From the NCBI GenBank assembly GCA_044222475.1, contig JBGANF010000066.1:1-44684 (forward strand): a stretch of DNA of 44,684 nt, given 5' to 3'. Shown in pieces: positions 21,528 to 32,102 of the stretch. Numbering within the stretch: the stretch's first letter is position 1; each line of letters starts with the position of its first letter. Under the pieces are notes generated by a model that saw only the letters and a list, made by a program, of their open reading frames with translations, made no database searches and was not told where the DNA came from. A program made the position numbers and the translations under genes. The stretch comes from Polyangiaceae bacterium (GTDB taxonomy: Bacteria; Myxococcota_A; Polyangia; Polyangiales; Polyangiaceae).

Positions 21528-21778
21528 GCCACGCGCTTCTTGGGTTTTGCCGCTCGCCACGTCGCTTCGATCCGCGCGGCGTCCTCCTCACTGAGCGGGG
21601 GCACGCCGTACTTTTCGAAGAAGGCCTCGGCGGCGGCGAACTTCGATTCGCGCTCGGCGAGCTCGGCGAGCAACGCGGACACGTTGCCGCCGTGGCGGCG
21701 CGCGGCGAGCGCCTTCAACCTACGCATCGTCGCTTCGTCGAGGGAGAAGCTCGTCGTCTTGGTTCGACCGGGTCGCAT
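21524..21778 (-). CDS. Ribbon-helix-helix-type antitoxin (VapB-like)
   Basis: KTTSFSLDEATMRRLKALAARRHGGNVSALLAEL RHH pattern; 84 aa; lies upstream of the PIN gene with a 4-nt overlap. Confidence 0.8.
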   Translation of the reverse strand: MRPGRTKTTSFSLDEATMRRLKALAARRHGGNVSALLAELAERESKFAAAEAFFEKYGVPPLSEEDAARIEATWRAAKPKKRVA

Positions 21779-21830
21779 AATGGCAGTGTAGCACACACCG
21801 GCGCGCCCCGAGAGCTGCTAGGCTGACCGG
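21779..21830. promoter_or_regulatory. Back-to-back extended -10 promoters, each 6 nt before an ATG (leaderless-type)
   Basis: Minus strand TGc-TACACT-gccatt-ATG(21778); plus strand TGc-TAGGCT-gaccgg-ATG(21831). Neither has a Shine-Dalgarno. Confidence 0.65.
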
Positions 21831-23030
21831 ATGGCGCGCACCTTCCTTCCGCTTCTCTTGGTGCTCGCCGCGTGCGGGTCGTCGTCGAGCTTCCCCGTCG
21901 ACGCCGGGTCCGACGCGCTGTTCGTCACGAACGACGCGCCGAGTGACGCGCCCTTCGATCCCGACTCGGCGTGCGTGACCGCCGCCCAGGTCGCGGACCC
22001 GAAGCCGCTCCCGGTCGACATCATCTGGATGATCGACAACTCGTCGAGCATGGCGCCCGCCGTCGCCGAGGTGAACGCCGGCATCAACGCGTTCGCCGGC
22101 CTGATCGACGGCAAGGCGCTCGACTACCGCGTCATCATGCTGTCGATCCGCAACAAGACGTCGCCCATCCAGGTGGGCGGCTCGACGCGCTACCCGATCT
22201 GCGTCCCGCCGCCGCTCGCGGGCGACACGAACTGCGGCAACGGCCCGCGGTTCTTCCACTCCAGCGTCGACATCCGCAGCACGCAGACGTTCGAGCAGTT
22301 CCTCGGCACGCTCGGGCAGACGAACGGCTTCATGCAAGGCCAGGCGCTCGGCGGCGAGCCGTGGCTCGCGTGGCTGCGGCCGGAAGCGACGAAGACGATC
22401 CTCGTCGTCACCGACGACAACGCGCGACTCACCGCGCAAGAGTTCGAGACCTTCACCGGCGGCCCGAACCCGTTCAACTCGACGACGCTGCCGCCCGGGA
22501 TCCTCGATCCGTCGTGGAAGGGCATCTTCGACGACTACATCTTCGGCGGCGTGTACGGCTGGGGCGATCCCAAGAACCCGAGCGTGCGCTGCACGTACCC
22601 GAACAACTCGATGGCCACGTCCGGCGGCTCCACCTACACGACCCTCGTCGAGAAGACCAAGGGCCCGCGCGCGAAGGTCTGCGACGGAGCGTCCGCGTGG
22701 ACGCCGTTCTTCAACGACGTCGCGACCGCGGTGCTCGCGAACTCGAAGATCGCGTGCGAGATGCCGGTTCCGGATCCCGGCGGCGGCCAGCAGATCGATC
22801 CGACGAAGGTCAACGTCACCCTCGACGACAACGGCAACGTCACCCAGCTCACGAAGACCGCCGGCAAGGGGACGTGCGGCGCCGACCTCAGCTGGTACTT
22901 CGACGACGACACGCTGCCGACGAAGGTCATCCTCTGTCCCGCGTCGTGCAGCACCGCGCAGGCGATCGTCGGCGCCGCCAAGAAGGGCGCGGTCAAGGTC
23001 CTCTTCGGCTGCGCGAGCGTCGTGAAGTAG
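21831..23030 (+). CDS. vWA-like domain lipoprotein (myxobacterial type)
   Basis: LLVLAAC lipobox; MIDAS-like DIIWMIDNSSSM; ILVVTDDN; C-terminal WYFDD..VILCPASC..VLFGC module. Confidence 0.85.
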   Translation: MARTFLPLLLVLAACGSSSSFPVDAGSDALFVTNDAPSDAPFDPDSACVTAAQVADPKPLPVDIIWMIDNSSSMAPAVAEVNAGINAFAGLIDGKALDYRVIMLSIRNKTSPIQVGGSTRYPICVPPPLAGDTNCGNGPRFFHSSVDIRSTQTFEQFLGTLGQTNGFMQGQALGGEPWLAWLRPEATKTILVVTDDNARLTAQEFETFTGGPNPFNSTTLPPGILDPSWKGIFDDYIFGGVYGWGDPKNPSVRCTYPNNSMATSGGSTYTTLVEKTKGPRAKVCDGASAWTPFFNDVATAVLANSKIACEMPVPDPGGGQQIDPTKVNVTLDDNGNVTQLTKTAGKGTCGADLSWYFDDDTLPTKVILCPASCSTAQAIVGAAKKGAVKVLFGCASVVK

Positions 23031-23059
23031 CTGGCAAGCCGTTTGCTTCATGGGGGGTC

Positions 23060-23692
23060 ATGCCCAGCGCAGACCTCATCCTCGCCAGCTTGGGACGCGT
23101 CGCGAACGAAGCATTTTTCGCGGCGATCGTGTGGCACGCCGTCGTCGCGGCGCTCTTGCTCGCGTACGCTTTCGGGGTTCGCCCGTCGCCCCGCGCGGCG
23201 GCGCTGACCGCGAGCGTTCCGCTCGTGTCGGTGAGCGCCTTCGCGTTCGCGTTCGGCAACCCGTTCAACGGTGCAGTCTTTGCGGTCCTCGCGGCAGCCC
23301 TTGCGGCGCTCGGGTGGCGCGGCCCGACCTCGACCTCCACCCCTGCGTCGTGGGCCCGCGCGCTCGGCGCGTGCATGGTCGTCTTCGCCTGGGTCTACCC
23401 CCACTTCCTCGTGGGACGTTCGCCGGTCGCCTACCTCTGGGGCTCACCGATGGGGCTGATCCCCTGCCCCACGTTGTCGCTGGTGATCGGTCTCGCCCTC
23501 GCCGGCCTCGTGCCGGCGCGCCGAGCGTGGTCGCTCACGCTGGCCGGAGCGGGCGTCTTCTACGCGCTGTTCGGGGTGCTGCGGCTCGGGGTCACCCTCG
23601 ACGTTCCACTGTTCATCGGAGCGGTGGCTCTCGCGGCGACGGCCATGTTAGACCGCCCGGGATGGAGCCGTACCGCACTCCTTCCCCGGTAG
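23060..23692 (+). CDS. Multi-pass membrane protein (DUF6064-like)
   Basis: Multiple hydrophobic helices; NPFNG, YPHF and PMGLIPCPT motifs. Confidence 0.7.
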   Translation: MPSADLILASLGRVANEAFFAAIVWHAVVAALLLAYAFGVRPSPRAAALTASVPLVSVSAFAFAFGNPFNGAVFAVLAAALAALGWRGPTSTSTPASWARALGACMVVFAWVYPHFLVGRSPVAYLWGSPMGLIPCPTLSLVIGLALAGLVPARRAWSLTLAGAGVFYALFGVLRLGVTLDVPLFIGAVALAATAMLDRPGWSRTALLPR

Positions 23693-25180
23693 TCGAAACC
23701 GACGACGAGCACGTCCAACACGAGGACGGCCGCGTCGAGCTCGCCGAGTCCGTCTCGCTCGAAGGATCGCCGCTCTACAACCACGATCTCGCGCCGACGA
23801 AGGTCAAGGAGCGCACGTGGTCGACGTACACGTACGCCGCGCTTTGGATCAGCATGGCGCACTGCATCCCGACCTACATGCTCGCGTCGGGGCTCATCGG
23901 CACCGGCATGAACTGGTGGCAGGCGCTCGTCACGATCCTCATCGGGAACGCGATCGTGCTGGTGCCGATCCTCCTCAACTCGCACCCGGGCACCAAGTAC
24001 GGCATCCCCTTCCCGGTGTTCGCGCGCGCCGCGTATGGCGTGTACGGCGCCAACGTGCCGGCGTTCATGCGCGCGATCGTCGCGTGCGGGTGGTTCGGCA
24101 TCAACGCGTGGATCGGCGGGCAGGCGCTGCAGACGTTCTTCAAGTCGCTGTCGCCCGCGTGGCCTGAGCTGCTCGGCGCCGGTGCCGGCGGCCACCTGAT
24201 GACCGAGTGGGTGAGCTGCGATCTTTGATCTTCTGGGGCATCAACATCGCGATCGTGTTCCGCGGCATGGAGCTCTTGCGCAAGGTCGAGAACCTCGCCG
24301 CGCCGTTCGTCCTCGTGATGACCGCGCTCCTCGTCGGCTGGGCGATCTGGAAGGCGCACGGGCTCGGTCACATCATGACCGGCGAGCAAGTTCCAGTCTG
24401 CCGGGAGTTCTGGAAGGTCTTCGTGCCGAGCGTGACCGCGATGGTCGGCTTCTGGCGACGCTGTCCCTGAACATGCCGGACTTCACGCGCTACGGGCGCT
24501 GCGCAGCGCGAGCAGGCGATCAGCCGATGTCCGCGCTGCCGACCACGATGACGGTGTTCGCCGCGATGGGGCGTCATCATCACGAGCGCGTCCGAGGTCA
24601 TCCACGGCAAGCCGATGCTCCGATCGAGCTCGTCGGTCACTTCGAGTCGCGGCTCGTCGTCGGCATCCGCGATGTTCACCGTCGTCATCGCGACGCTGAG
24701 CGTGAACATCGCCGCGAACGTCGTGTCGCCGGCGAACGACTTCGCAGGAACTCTGCGCCGAAGTACATCTCGTTCCGCATGGGCGGCGTGGCGACCGGCG
24801 TGATCGGCGTGTGCATGATGCCCTGGAAGCTGATCGCCGATCCGCACGGATACATCTTCCAGTGGCTGCTCGGGTACTCGGGCGGGCTCGATCCATCGCC
24901 GGCGTGCTCGTGTGCGACCTGGGTGCTGAAAACAAGCGCCTGCGCCTCGTCGACCTCTACCGGGTGCGCGGCCGCTACCACTACGAGCCGCTGAGCTACG
25001 AATTGGGTCGCGGTCGCGGCGACGCTCCTCGGGTGCGGGCTCTCGTGGGTCGGCCTGTCGTGGAAGCCGCTGGTGTTCCTCTTCGACTACGCGTGGTTCG
25101 TGGGTGCGGGTGTCGCCGGCGTCAGCTACTTCTTGATGATGATGGGGAGCCGGCACGAGCAACGTCCGGTGAAGGCGTGA
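23662..25180 (+). pseudogene. NCS1 nucleobase:cation symporter-1 (uracil/allantoin-type); intact to about 24220, then multiply frameshifted (likely sequence error)
   Basis: LYNHDLAPT..RTWSTYTYAALWISM, GTKYGIPFPVFARA and RAIVACGWFGI, followed in shifting frames by LNMPDFTRY, LSVNIAANVVSPANDF, MPWKL and LFDYAWFVG. Confidence 0.85.
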
Positions 25181-26702
25181 GACGCAGCGTCGCCGCGTTC
25201 GCGGTGGGCGCGGCGCTTCTCGCGGTCGCGGCGAGCTGCCGCGAGCCCACAGATCACGCTCGTCTCCACCACCGACGTGGACTGCGCGACCGTGCTGAAG
25301 TCGCAGACCGAGATCGTGGGGTACGCGGGCGACCATCGGCGATGGCACCGCGCTCAGCACCTCGGCGAGCACCTGCAGCGGTGACATCGGAACCATCGCG
25401 ATCGTCCCGGGAAGCAGCGGGGACGCGGTCGCGATCAACGTCTACCAATCGACGAAGGTCGGCAAAGCGTCGAGCACCTGCGCAGCGCGCACACCGACTG
25501 CATCGCGGCGCGCTGCGCGTGATCAAGGTTCCATCCCCCACACGCCGCTCACACTGCCGATCGATCTTTCGCTGAGCTGCCTCAACGTCCCGTGCGGCAC
25601 GAACGTGCGTCACCGGCTGAGGCGCGTCTCCGACACGGTGAACACCAGCCAGTGCCAGAACGGCGTGTGCGGTCCCGACACGCTTCCGCCCGAGTGATGG
25701 CGGGGTTTTGACTCCGGGCGCCGACGCCCGGCCGGATGCGGTGGCAGACGCCGGGTGCGGACCCGACCTCCAAACCGATCCGAACAACTGCGGAGCGTGC
25801 GGGTTCGACTGCACAAGCGGAACTCGCATCGGAGGTGTTCGTCGGCTCGACAAGAACCTCTACGCTGCCGCCCGACGCCAACGGCGAGTCCCGCCTGGCC
25901 GTGACGTCGGCCTCCGGCACGGAAAAGTGTACTGGACCCGAACCACCACCAACGCCGGCGTGTACCGCCTCCCGGTGACCGGTGGCACGCCCACTCCGTT
26001 CTTCTCGGGCGCGGTCGGCGGCGGCATCGCGGCGAGCGCGACGCGGATCGCGTTCACGTCGCCCGGCGGATCGTTCACCGCGCTCCGGCAGTGCGATCCC
26101 ACGCAACCGTCCGCGGCGGCGCAAGGTCCGGACGGACTCGTCACTCGTCGTGGCCTCGAAGTTCGTCGCGACGACCGACCTCGACGCGTACGCGATGTAC
26201 CCGACCAGATCCTCGCGCTGTCGGTGAGCAACGATTACCCGTTCACGTCCCTTGCCGTCGGCCCGATCGCCGCGACGCTCACCCACATGCGCGTTCGAGC
26301 GAAAGCTCGGCGGCAACGGCGCGCAGCTCGACATCCTCGAGAACAAGGTTCCGAAGACGACGGTGCTGCAGACGATCAGCAGTGGCCTCGTCGTCCATCC
26401 GACGAGCGAAACCTTCTTCTACGTCGAGGCCGCGAACATCTGGCGCGTCGATCTGCGCCAGCAACGCCGGGACCGTCCCTCACCGGGTTGCCTTCCTCAC
26501 CGACCACCTCGCGATCGACTCCAAGGCGGTGCTCTACTGGACTTGCGCTCGACGCATCGTCCCCACGCTGTTCGGCGGGCGCCTCGGACGGGAAGTCGGG
26601 GGTGGAGCTCTCTACGCGATCGGCAGCCCGATCCAATGCCTCGCCACCGGGACCAACGCCGTCACCTGTGTCTCCAGGGTCCTGTTCAAGGGTCACAAGT
26701 AG
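25177..26702 (+). pseudogene. Myxobacterial Cys-rich / beta-propeller-type lipoprotein, heavily frameshifted
   Basis: GTG overlaps the NCS1 stop: VRRSVAAFAVGAALLAVAASCREPT. Fragments DLQTDPNNCGACGFDC, KVYWT and LAIDSKAVLYWT lie in different frames. Confidence 0.6.
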
Positions 26703-26706
26703 CGCG

Positions 26707-27639
26707 TCACGCGAGCATGCGGCGCGCTCTCGGCGTCCTTCGCGATCTGCTCCCGCAGCGCGTCGATCCCGGAGAACTTCTGCTCGCCTCGATCCGTCCG
26801 ATGACGTGGACCCGCAGTCTCTCGCCGTAGAGGTCGCGGTCGACGTCGAAGAGGTGGACCTCTTGCGTTCGCTTCGCCTCCGCGCCGGCCACAGTGGGAC
26901 GCACGCCGACGTTCATCACGCCGCCGCCGAGGCCTTCGACGCGGACCGCATACACCCCGTCGGGCGGGAGCATCTCGGGCACGTCGTCGACGTTGGCGGT
27001 CGGAAACCCGATCGTCCGCCCTCGGTGCGCGCCGTGGACGACGACGCCGCTGAATGCGTGAGGGCGACCGAGCACCGCGAAGACCTCGTCGAGATCGCCG
27101 GCGCCGAGCGCGGCGCGCACGCGCGTGCTCGAGAACGCCCCCCGCCCGTCACCGCGGAGCTCGGCCGCGTGCGTCTCGAAGCCGAGGGCGCGCCCGAGCT
27201 CGCCGAGCGTCGCGAAGTCGCCAGCGCGCTGGTGACCGAAGCGGAAGTTCTCGCCCACGACGACGACGCGCGCGCCGAGCGCGCCGGCGAGGAGCTCGCG
27301 GGCAAATGTCTCGGGGGTGTTCTCCGAGAACGCGCGGTCGAACGTGCGGACGACGACCTCGTCCGCGCCGCTCCTTCGGAGGAGCTCGGCCTTGCGCTCC
27401 AGCGTCGTGAGCACCGGCGGGGCGACCCGCCCCATCACCGTCGCCGGGTGAGGATCGAACGTGAGCGCCCGGACGACGAGCGCCGGGGCGCTGCGCGCGG
27501 CGAACGTCCTCGCGTCCGCCAGCACCCCGACGTGCCCCCGGTGGACCCCATCGAAATTCCCGATGACGACCACGCTCGGGCTCGCTCCGGGGGCACCTGC
27601 GCCCGCGTCCGAAATACGTGTAAAATGCAAACGTTCCAC
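26707..27639 (-). CDS. ribF: Bifunctional riboflavin kinase / FAD synthetase (3' end has two compensating apparent deletions)
   Basis: IGNFDGVHRGH, LTFDPHP, VGENFRFG, SSTRVR, GRTIGFPTAN, NVGVRPT and EVHLFD motifs. The expected GEQKFSGIDALREQIAKD is present but out of frame at about 26725-26790. Confidence 0.93.
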   Translation of the reverse strand: MERLHFTRISDAGAGAPGASPSVVVIGNFDGVHRGHVGVLADARTFAARSAPALVVRALTFDPHPATVMGRVAPPVLTTLERKAELLRRSGADEVVVRTFDRAFSENTPETFARELLAGALGARVVVVGENFRFGHQRAGDFATLGELGRALGFETHAAELRGDGRGAFSSTRVRAALGAGDLDEVFAVLGRPHAFSGVVVHGAHRGRTIGFPTANVDDVPEMLPPDGVYAVRVEGLGGGVMNVGVRPTVAGAEAKRTQEVHLFDVDRDLYGERLRVHVIGRIEASRSSPGSTRCGSRSRRTPRARRMLA

Positions 27640-27734
27640 GCTCGGCCGATCTTTACCATGCGCGCGGCGTTCCGGGGGAAACGCCCCCCAGACTTGCGCT
27701 TTCCCGGCCGCGGCTATGGTACCGTTCGCTTGCC

Positions 27735-28517
27735 ATGCACCGAAGGCTCCTCGCGCTCGTCGCCCTCCTCATGTTGGTCCTGGTCGCGCCCCTCGCGCAC
27801 GCCGGATCGTTCCGTCTCAACTCCACCGAGGCCCAAGAAGTCTCCGGCGGTTGGCGCCTTCGCATGCGCATCGAGCTGAACGCGCCGCCCTCGCTCGCGC
27901 ACGTGCCGATCAAGTTCATGTTCACGCAGCTCGTCGTCTACGAGCGCGCCCTGGTCGACAACCAGAAGGATCCGGTCATCAACCGCCAGGTCGTGTCCAA
28001 CGCGATGCCCAAGATCGTCAGCATGGACGTCGACTTCGCTGACGGCACCGGCAAGATCTTCAAGATCACCAACTTCGACTTCAGCGTCACGCGTCCGCTC
28101 GGCTTCGAGGCCGGCGAATACAAGATGCAGCTCCGCACCTCGGACGGGACCGACATCGGCTCGCCGGTGAACATCACCCTCAAGGGCGACAACCCCGTCG
28201 TCGACCGGCGCAGCATCGCGTTCAACACCAACGACCACGGCATCAAGAAGGTCGACAACGGGATCGATGGCGGGACCAAGGTCGCCCAGAACGACACCAG
28301 CCCGACGCCGACCTCGCAGGAGGTTCAACCGACCGGCAGCGCCGCGCCGTACTTCGACCCCGAAGCGTTCAAGAAGACCGACGAAGAGACCGTGAAGGAG
28401 AAGCCGGGCGGATGCGGTTGCGTCGCCGCCGGCATCGGCCCGGTCTCGGCGCTCACCGTCGGGCTCCCGGTGCTCGGGCTGCTCGCGCTCGTCGTTCGTC
28501 GCCGCCGCCGCGCGTGA
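27735..28517 (+). CDS. Secreted protein with MYXO-CTERM-type sorting tail
   Basis: Signal peptide ending PLAHA; C-terminal GGCGC, TM helix and RRRRRA. Confidence 0.85.
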   Translation: MHRRLLALVALLMLVLVAPLAHAGSFRLNSTEAQEVSGGWRLRMRIELNAPPSLAHVPIKFMFTQLVVYERALVDNQKDPVINRQVVSNAMPKIVSMDVDFADGTGKIFKITNFDFSVTRPLGFEAGEYKMQLRTSDGTDIGSPVNITLKGDNPVVDRRSIAFNTNDHGIKKVDNGIDGGTKVAQNDTSPTPTSQEVQPTGSAAPYFDPEAFKKTDEETVKEKPGGCGCVAAGIGPVSALTVGLPVLGLLALVVRRRRRA

Positions 28518-29536
28518 CGCCCGACTCGGCCATCGCCGAAGCGCGAAGCGGGAAGCTTCGCTCGGTGTACGTCGTCGTCGGTGAGGAGCGGCTCCTCCGG
28601 GAGCGGCTCGTCGCCGAGTTGCGCACGGCCGCGCTCGGCAACGGAATCGCCGCGTTCAACGAGGACAAGTTCACCGCCGGCGAGGCCAGCATCGACGCGG
28701 TCCTCTCTGCGGTGCGCACCGTCCCGATGATGGCGCCCAAGCGCTTCGTCTTGCTTCGCAGCGCCGAACGCTGGGAGGCAGGCGAAGGCGACGAGGGCGG
28801 CAAGGCGTCGCCCCTCGACGATCTCGCCGAGTACCTGAAAGCGCCGATCGACAGCACCTGCCTCGTCATCGTCGCGAACAAGCTCGACGGCCGGCGCAAG
28901 CTCGCGTCGGTGTCCAAGAAGCTCGGCGTCGCGGTCGCGTGCGATCCGCTCTCCGATCGCGAGCTCCCCGGCTGGATCGTCGATCAAGCGAAGCGACGCG
29001 GCCACTCGATCTCGCGCGACACCGCCGAGCACCTCGCGCACATCGCCGGTCCGGAGCTCGCCTACGTCGACGACTGCCTCGAGCGCCTGTCGCTCTATGT
29101 CGGGAAGGGCGCCCCCATCGACGACGACGCCGTGTCGGTGTCCGTCGCGCGGGTGCGTGCGCAGGACGCGTGGGCCGTCGCCGCCGCGATCGGCAAGCGC
29201 GACCTCGGCGCAGCGCTCGCTGCGCTGTCCGACGCGTACGACCCGCGCGACCGCGGGCTCCCGCTGCTCGGCGCGCTCGCGTGGTCGATCCGGCAGCTCG
29301 CTCGGTACAAAGCGGCGACCGAGGACGGCGAGTCCCACGACGAGGCCGCGCGTCGCGCCGGCGCGTTCGGGCCCCAGCGCGCGTACGAGCTGCGCGATCG
29401 CGCGCGCGATCTCAAGGGCAGCGAGCTCGAGCGGTGGCTGACGGTCCTCGCCGAGACCGACCTCGCGCTCAAGGGCTCGAAGCGCCCGCCCGAGGCAGTG
29501 CTCGAAGGCATGGTCACCCAGCTCTGCCGGCGCTGA
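28514..29536 (+). CDS. holA: DNA polymerase III delta subunit
   Basis: VYVVVGEERLL, TVPMMAPKRFV, KLDGRRKL, LERLSLY and ETDLALKGS motifs; GTGA overlap with the upstream gene. Confidence 0.9.
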   Translation: MTPDSAIAEARSGKLRSVYVVVGEERLLRERLVAELRTAALGNGIAAFNEDKFTAGEASIDAVLSAVRTVPMMAPKRFVLLRSAERWEAGEGDEGGKASPLDDLAEYLKAPIDSTCLVIVANKLDGRRKLASVSKKLGVAVACDPLSDRELPGWIVDQAKRRGHSISRDTAEHLAHIAGPELAYVDDCLERLSLYVGKGAPIDDDAVSVSVARVRAQDAWAVAAAIGKRDLGAALAALSDAYDPRDRGLPLLGALAWSIRQLARYKAATEDGESHDEAARRAGAFGPQRAYELRDRARDLKGSELERWLTVLAETDLALKGSKRPPEAVLEGMVTQLCRR

Positions 29537-30820
29537 TCAGAAGTGGCGGATCTCGGCGAGCGATCGCCGCAGCTCGGCCCGGAACTCCGGTGCGGCGATC
29601 GAGATCAGCGCCTCTCCGCGCTCGCGCAGGGTCATGCCATGCAGGTTCACCGCGCCGTGCTCGGTCACGACCCAGTGCACGTGACCGCGGGTCGTCACCA
29701 CGCCCGCGCCGGGCTTGAGGCGCGGGACGATGCGCGACACCTTCCCCTTCGCCGCGGTCGACGGCAGCGCCATGATCGGCTTTCCGCCGACGGAGTTCGC
29801 CGCGGCGTGCATGAAGTCCATCTGGCCGCCGATGCCGCTGAAGATGCGGTCACCGATGGAGTCCGCGCACACTTGCCCGGTGAGATCGATCTCGATCGCC
29901 GAGTTGATCGCGACCACCTTGTCGTTCTTGCGGATCAGCGAGATGTCGTTGGTGCGATCGCAGGGGTGGAACTCGACGAGCGAGTTGTCGTGCACGAAGT
30001 CGTAGAGCTTGGCCGAGCCGCTCACGAAGCTCGTCACCGTGCGGCCCGGGTGCACCTTCTTGTGCTGGTTCGTGACGACGCCGTTCTGCATCAGCGGGAT
30101 GAGCCCGTCGGAGAACATCTCGGTGTGGACGCCGAGCTCGCGCTTGTTCCCGAGGCGCGAGAGGACGGCGTCGGGGATCCCGCCGATGCCCATCTGCAGC
30201 GTCGAGCCATCCTCGACGAGCTCGGCGATGAGCTCGCCGATGCGCGCCTCGACCGAGGTCTCCGGATCGGCGACGCGCTCGGGCAGCGGGCGATCGGTGA
30301 GCGTGAACGCGTCCACGCTGGAGAACGGGATCGTCGAAGCGCCGTGGGTGCGCGGCATGCGCTCGTTGATCTCGGCGAGGACGACCGGCGCCGCATCGAC
30401 CGCGGCGCGCGCCGCGTCGACCGACGTGCCGAGCGTGCACAGTCCGTGACGGTCGGGCGGCGAGAGCTGCACCATCACCGCGTCGAGCGGGACGCGCCGC
30501 GTGCGGAACAGGTCCGGGATGTCGGACAGGAAGATCGGCATGAAGTCGGCTCGGCCTTCTTCGATCGGCTTGCGACATGCGGCGCCAGTGAAGAGCGACA
30601 CCGAGAAGATGCGGCCGGCCTGCTCGGGGGCGACGAAGCGCGCAGAGCCCTCGGAGTGGAGGTGGTAGAGGCGCACGCCCTCGATCCCAGGGTGGTCACA
30701 GAGCGCGTCGAGCAGCGGAACCGGCGTGGCCGCCGCGCCGTGGAGGAACATGGTCCAACCGCTCTTCACCCGCGAGACGACGTCGGCCGCCGAGACCGCC
30801 CGCTTGCGCCAATCTTCCAT
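29537..30820 (-). CDS. Acetyl-CoA hydrolase/transferase family (4-hydroxybutyrate CoA-transferase-like)
   Basis: LQMGIGGIPDAV, HTEMFSDG, EIDLTGQVCADSIG, SGIGGQMDF and VVTEHG motifs. Confidence 0.92.
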   Translation of the reverse strand: MEDWRKRAVSAADVVSRVKSGWTMFLHGAAATPVPLLDALCDHPGIEGVRLYHLHSEGSARFVAPEQAGRIFSVSLFTGAACRKPIEEGRADFMPIFLSDIPDLFRTRRVPLDAVMVQLSPPDRHGLCTLGTSVDAARAAVDAAPVVLAEINERMPRTHGASTIPFSSVDAFTLTDRPLPERVADPETSVEARIGELIAELVEDGSTLQMGIGGIPDAVLSRLGNKRELGVHTEMFSDGLIPLMQNGVVTNQHKKVHPGRTVTSFVSGSAKLYDFVHDNSLVEFHPCDRTNDISLIRKNDKVVAINSAIEIDLTGQVCADSIGDRIFSGIGGQMDFMHAAANSVGGKPIMALPSTAAKGKVSRIVPRLKPGAGVVTTRGHVHWVVTEHGAVNLHGMTLRERGEALISIAAPEFRAELRRSLAEIRHF

Positions 30821-30836
30821 GGCTCCGCAGCGTACC

Positions 30837-32030
30837 TCAGGTTCGCGGGCGCACGGTCCCAAGACCTACGGTGGAAAGGACCGCCGCCCCGAGGAACGCG
30901 CAGAGCGCCCCCGCTCCGAACGCGTACGCCGGCTGCAGGTCGAAGAGCACGCCGAACACCGCGTTCGCCGGCAGGACCGCGATCCCAGTGATCGCCGCGA
31001 GCAGCCCGAACGCCCGACCGCGCACCTCCTTCGGCGCGAGGTCGGCGACGAGCGCCTTCTCGCTCCCCTCGGCGAGGCCGTAGTACGCGGCGTACACGAC
31101 GAGCAGCGCCCACGTCGCCGGGACCGAGCTCGCGAACGGAAACGCGCAGTACACCGCAGCGTAGACGAGCCACCCGAACGACAGGACGCGCTTCCGCCCG
31201 TAGCGATCGGCGAGCCGCCCGCCCGGCACGTTCATCGCGCTCTTCGCGAGGTTCAGCGTGAGCCACGCGATGGGGAGCCACGCGTCGGGCAAGCCCTGCT
31301 TGTTCAGCCGGAGCAGCAAGAACGAGTCGGCCGACGCGCCGAGCGAGAACAGCGCGATCGCGACGAAGTAGCGCCGAAGCGGACCGGGCAGCGGCGTCCC
31401 ATCTTGGGACGACTGTTTTGCCTCGACGCGCGGGGCCGCCTCGACGATCTCGTGGACGCCGAAGATCGCCGTCGCCAGCGCGAGAGCTCCCGGCACCGCG
31501 GCGAGCGCGAAGATCGTCCGCGTCGGCAGGACGAGGACCTGCGCGAACGCGAACGCCAGGAGCGGCCCGATGACCGCTCCGAGGTTGTCCATCATGCGGT
31601 GCGCACCGAACGCGGCCGCCCGCTGCTCGGGCGTCACCGCCGCGGTGAGGATCGCGTCGCGAGGCGCGGAGCGGAGCCCCTTGCCGACCCGATCGGTCGC
31701 GCGAACCAGGACGACGTGCCACGGCGCCGCAGCCAGCGCGAGCAGCGGACGCACCAAGCTCGAGATGCCGTACCCCGCGACGACGAAGCCCTTCTTGCGC
31801 GGCGAGCGGTCGACGAGAGCGCCCGTGCGCCACTTCACGAAGGCCGACACGGCCTCGGCGACCCCTTCGACGACGCCGAGCCAGCTCGCTCCACCGCCCA
31901 TCGATCGCAAGAACGCGGGGAGCAGCGGATAGACCATCTCGGTCGCCGCGTCCGTGAGGAGCGAAACCCACCCCACGCGCCACACGACCTTCGGCAGCGA
32001 CGGACCGTTCAAAGGTTCAATTTTACTCAT
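30837..32030 (-). CDS. MFS transporter
   Basis: VSLLTDAATEMVYPLLP, DRVGKGLRSAPRDA and GRLADRYGRK motifs; about 12 hydrophobic segments. Confidence 0.92.
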   Translation of the reverse strand: MSKIEPLNGPSLPKVVWRVGWVSLLTDAATEMVYPLLPAFLRSMGGGASWLGVVEGVAEAVSAFVKWRTGALVDRSPRKKGFVVAGYGISSLVRPLLALAAAPWHVVLVRATDRVGKGLRSAPRDAILTAAVTPEQRAAAFGAHRMMDNLGAVIGPLLAFAFAQVLVLPTRTIFALAAVPGALALATAIFGVHEIVEAAPRVEAKQSSQDGTPLPGPLRRYFVAIALFSLGASADSFLLLRLNKQGLPDAWLPIAWLTLNLAKSAMNVPGGRLADRYGRKRVLSFGWLVYAAVYCAFPFASSVPATWALLVVYAAYYGLAEGSEKALVADLAPKEVRGRAFGLLAAITGIAVLPANAVFGVLFDLQPAYAFGAGALCAFLGAAVLSTVGLGTVRPRT

Positions 32031-32102
32031 GAAATCGCAAACAACCGCTCACGCGCAACAAACCGCTCACCGCTGCATCGAAGATAGTCGAAGGGGATCG
32101 TC

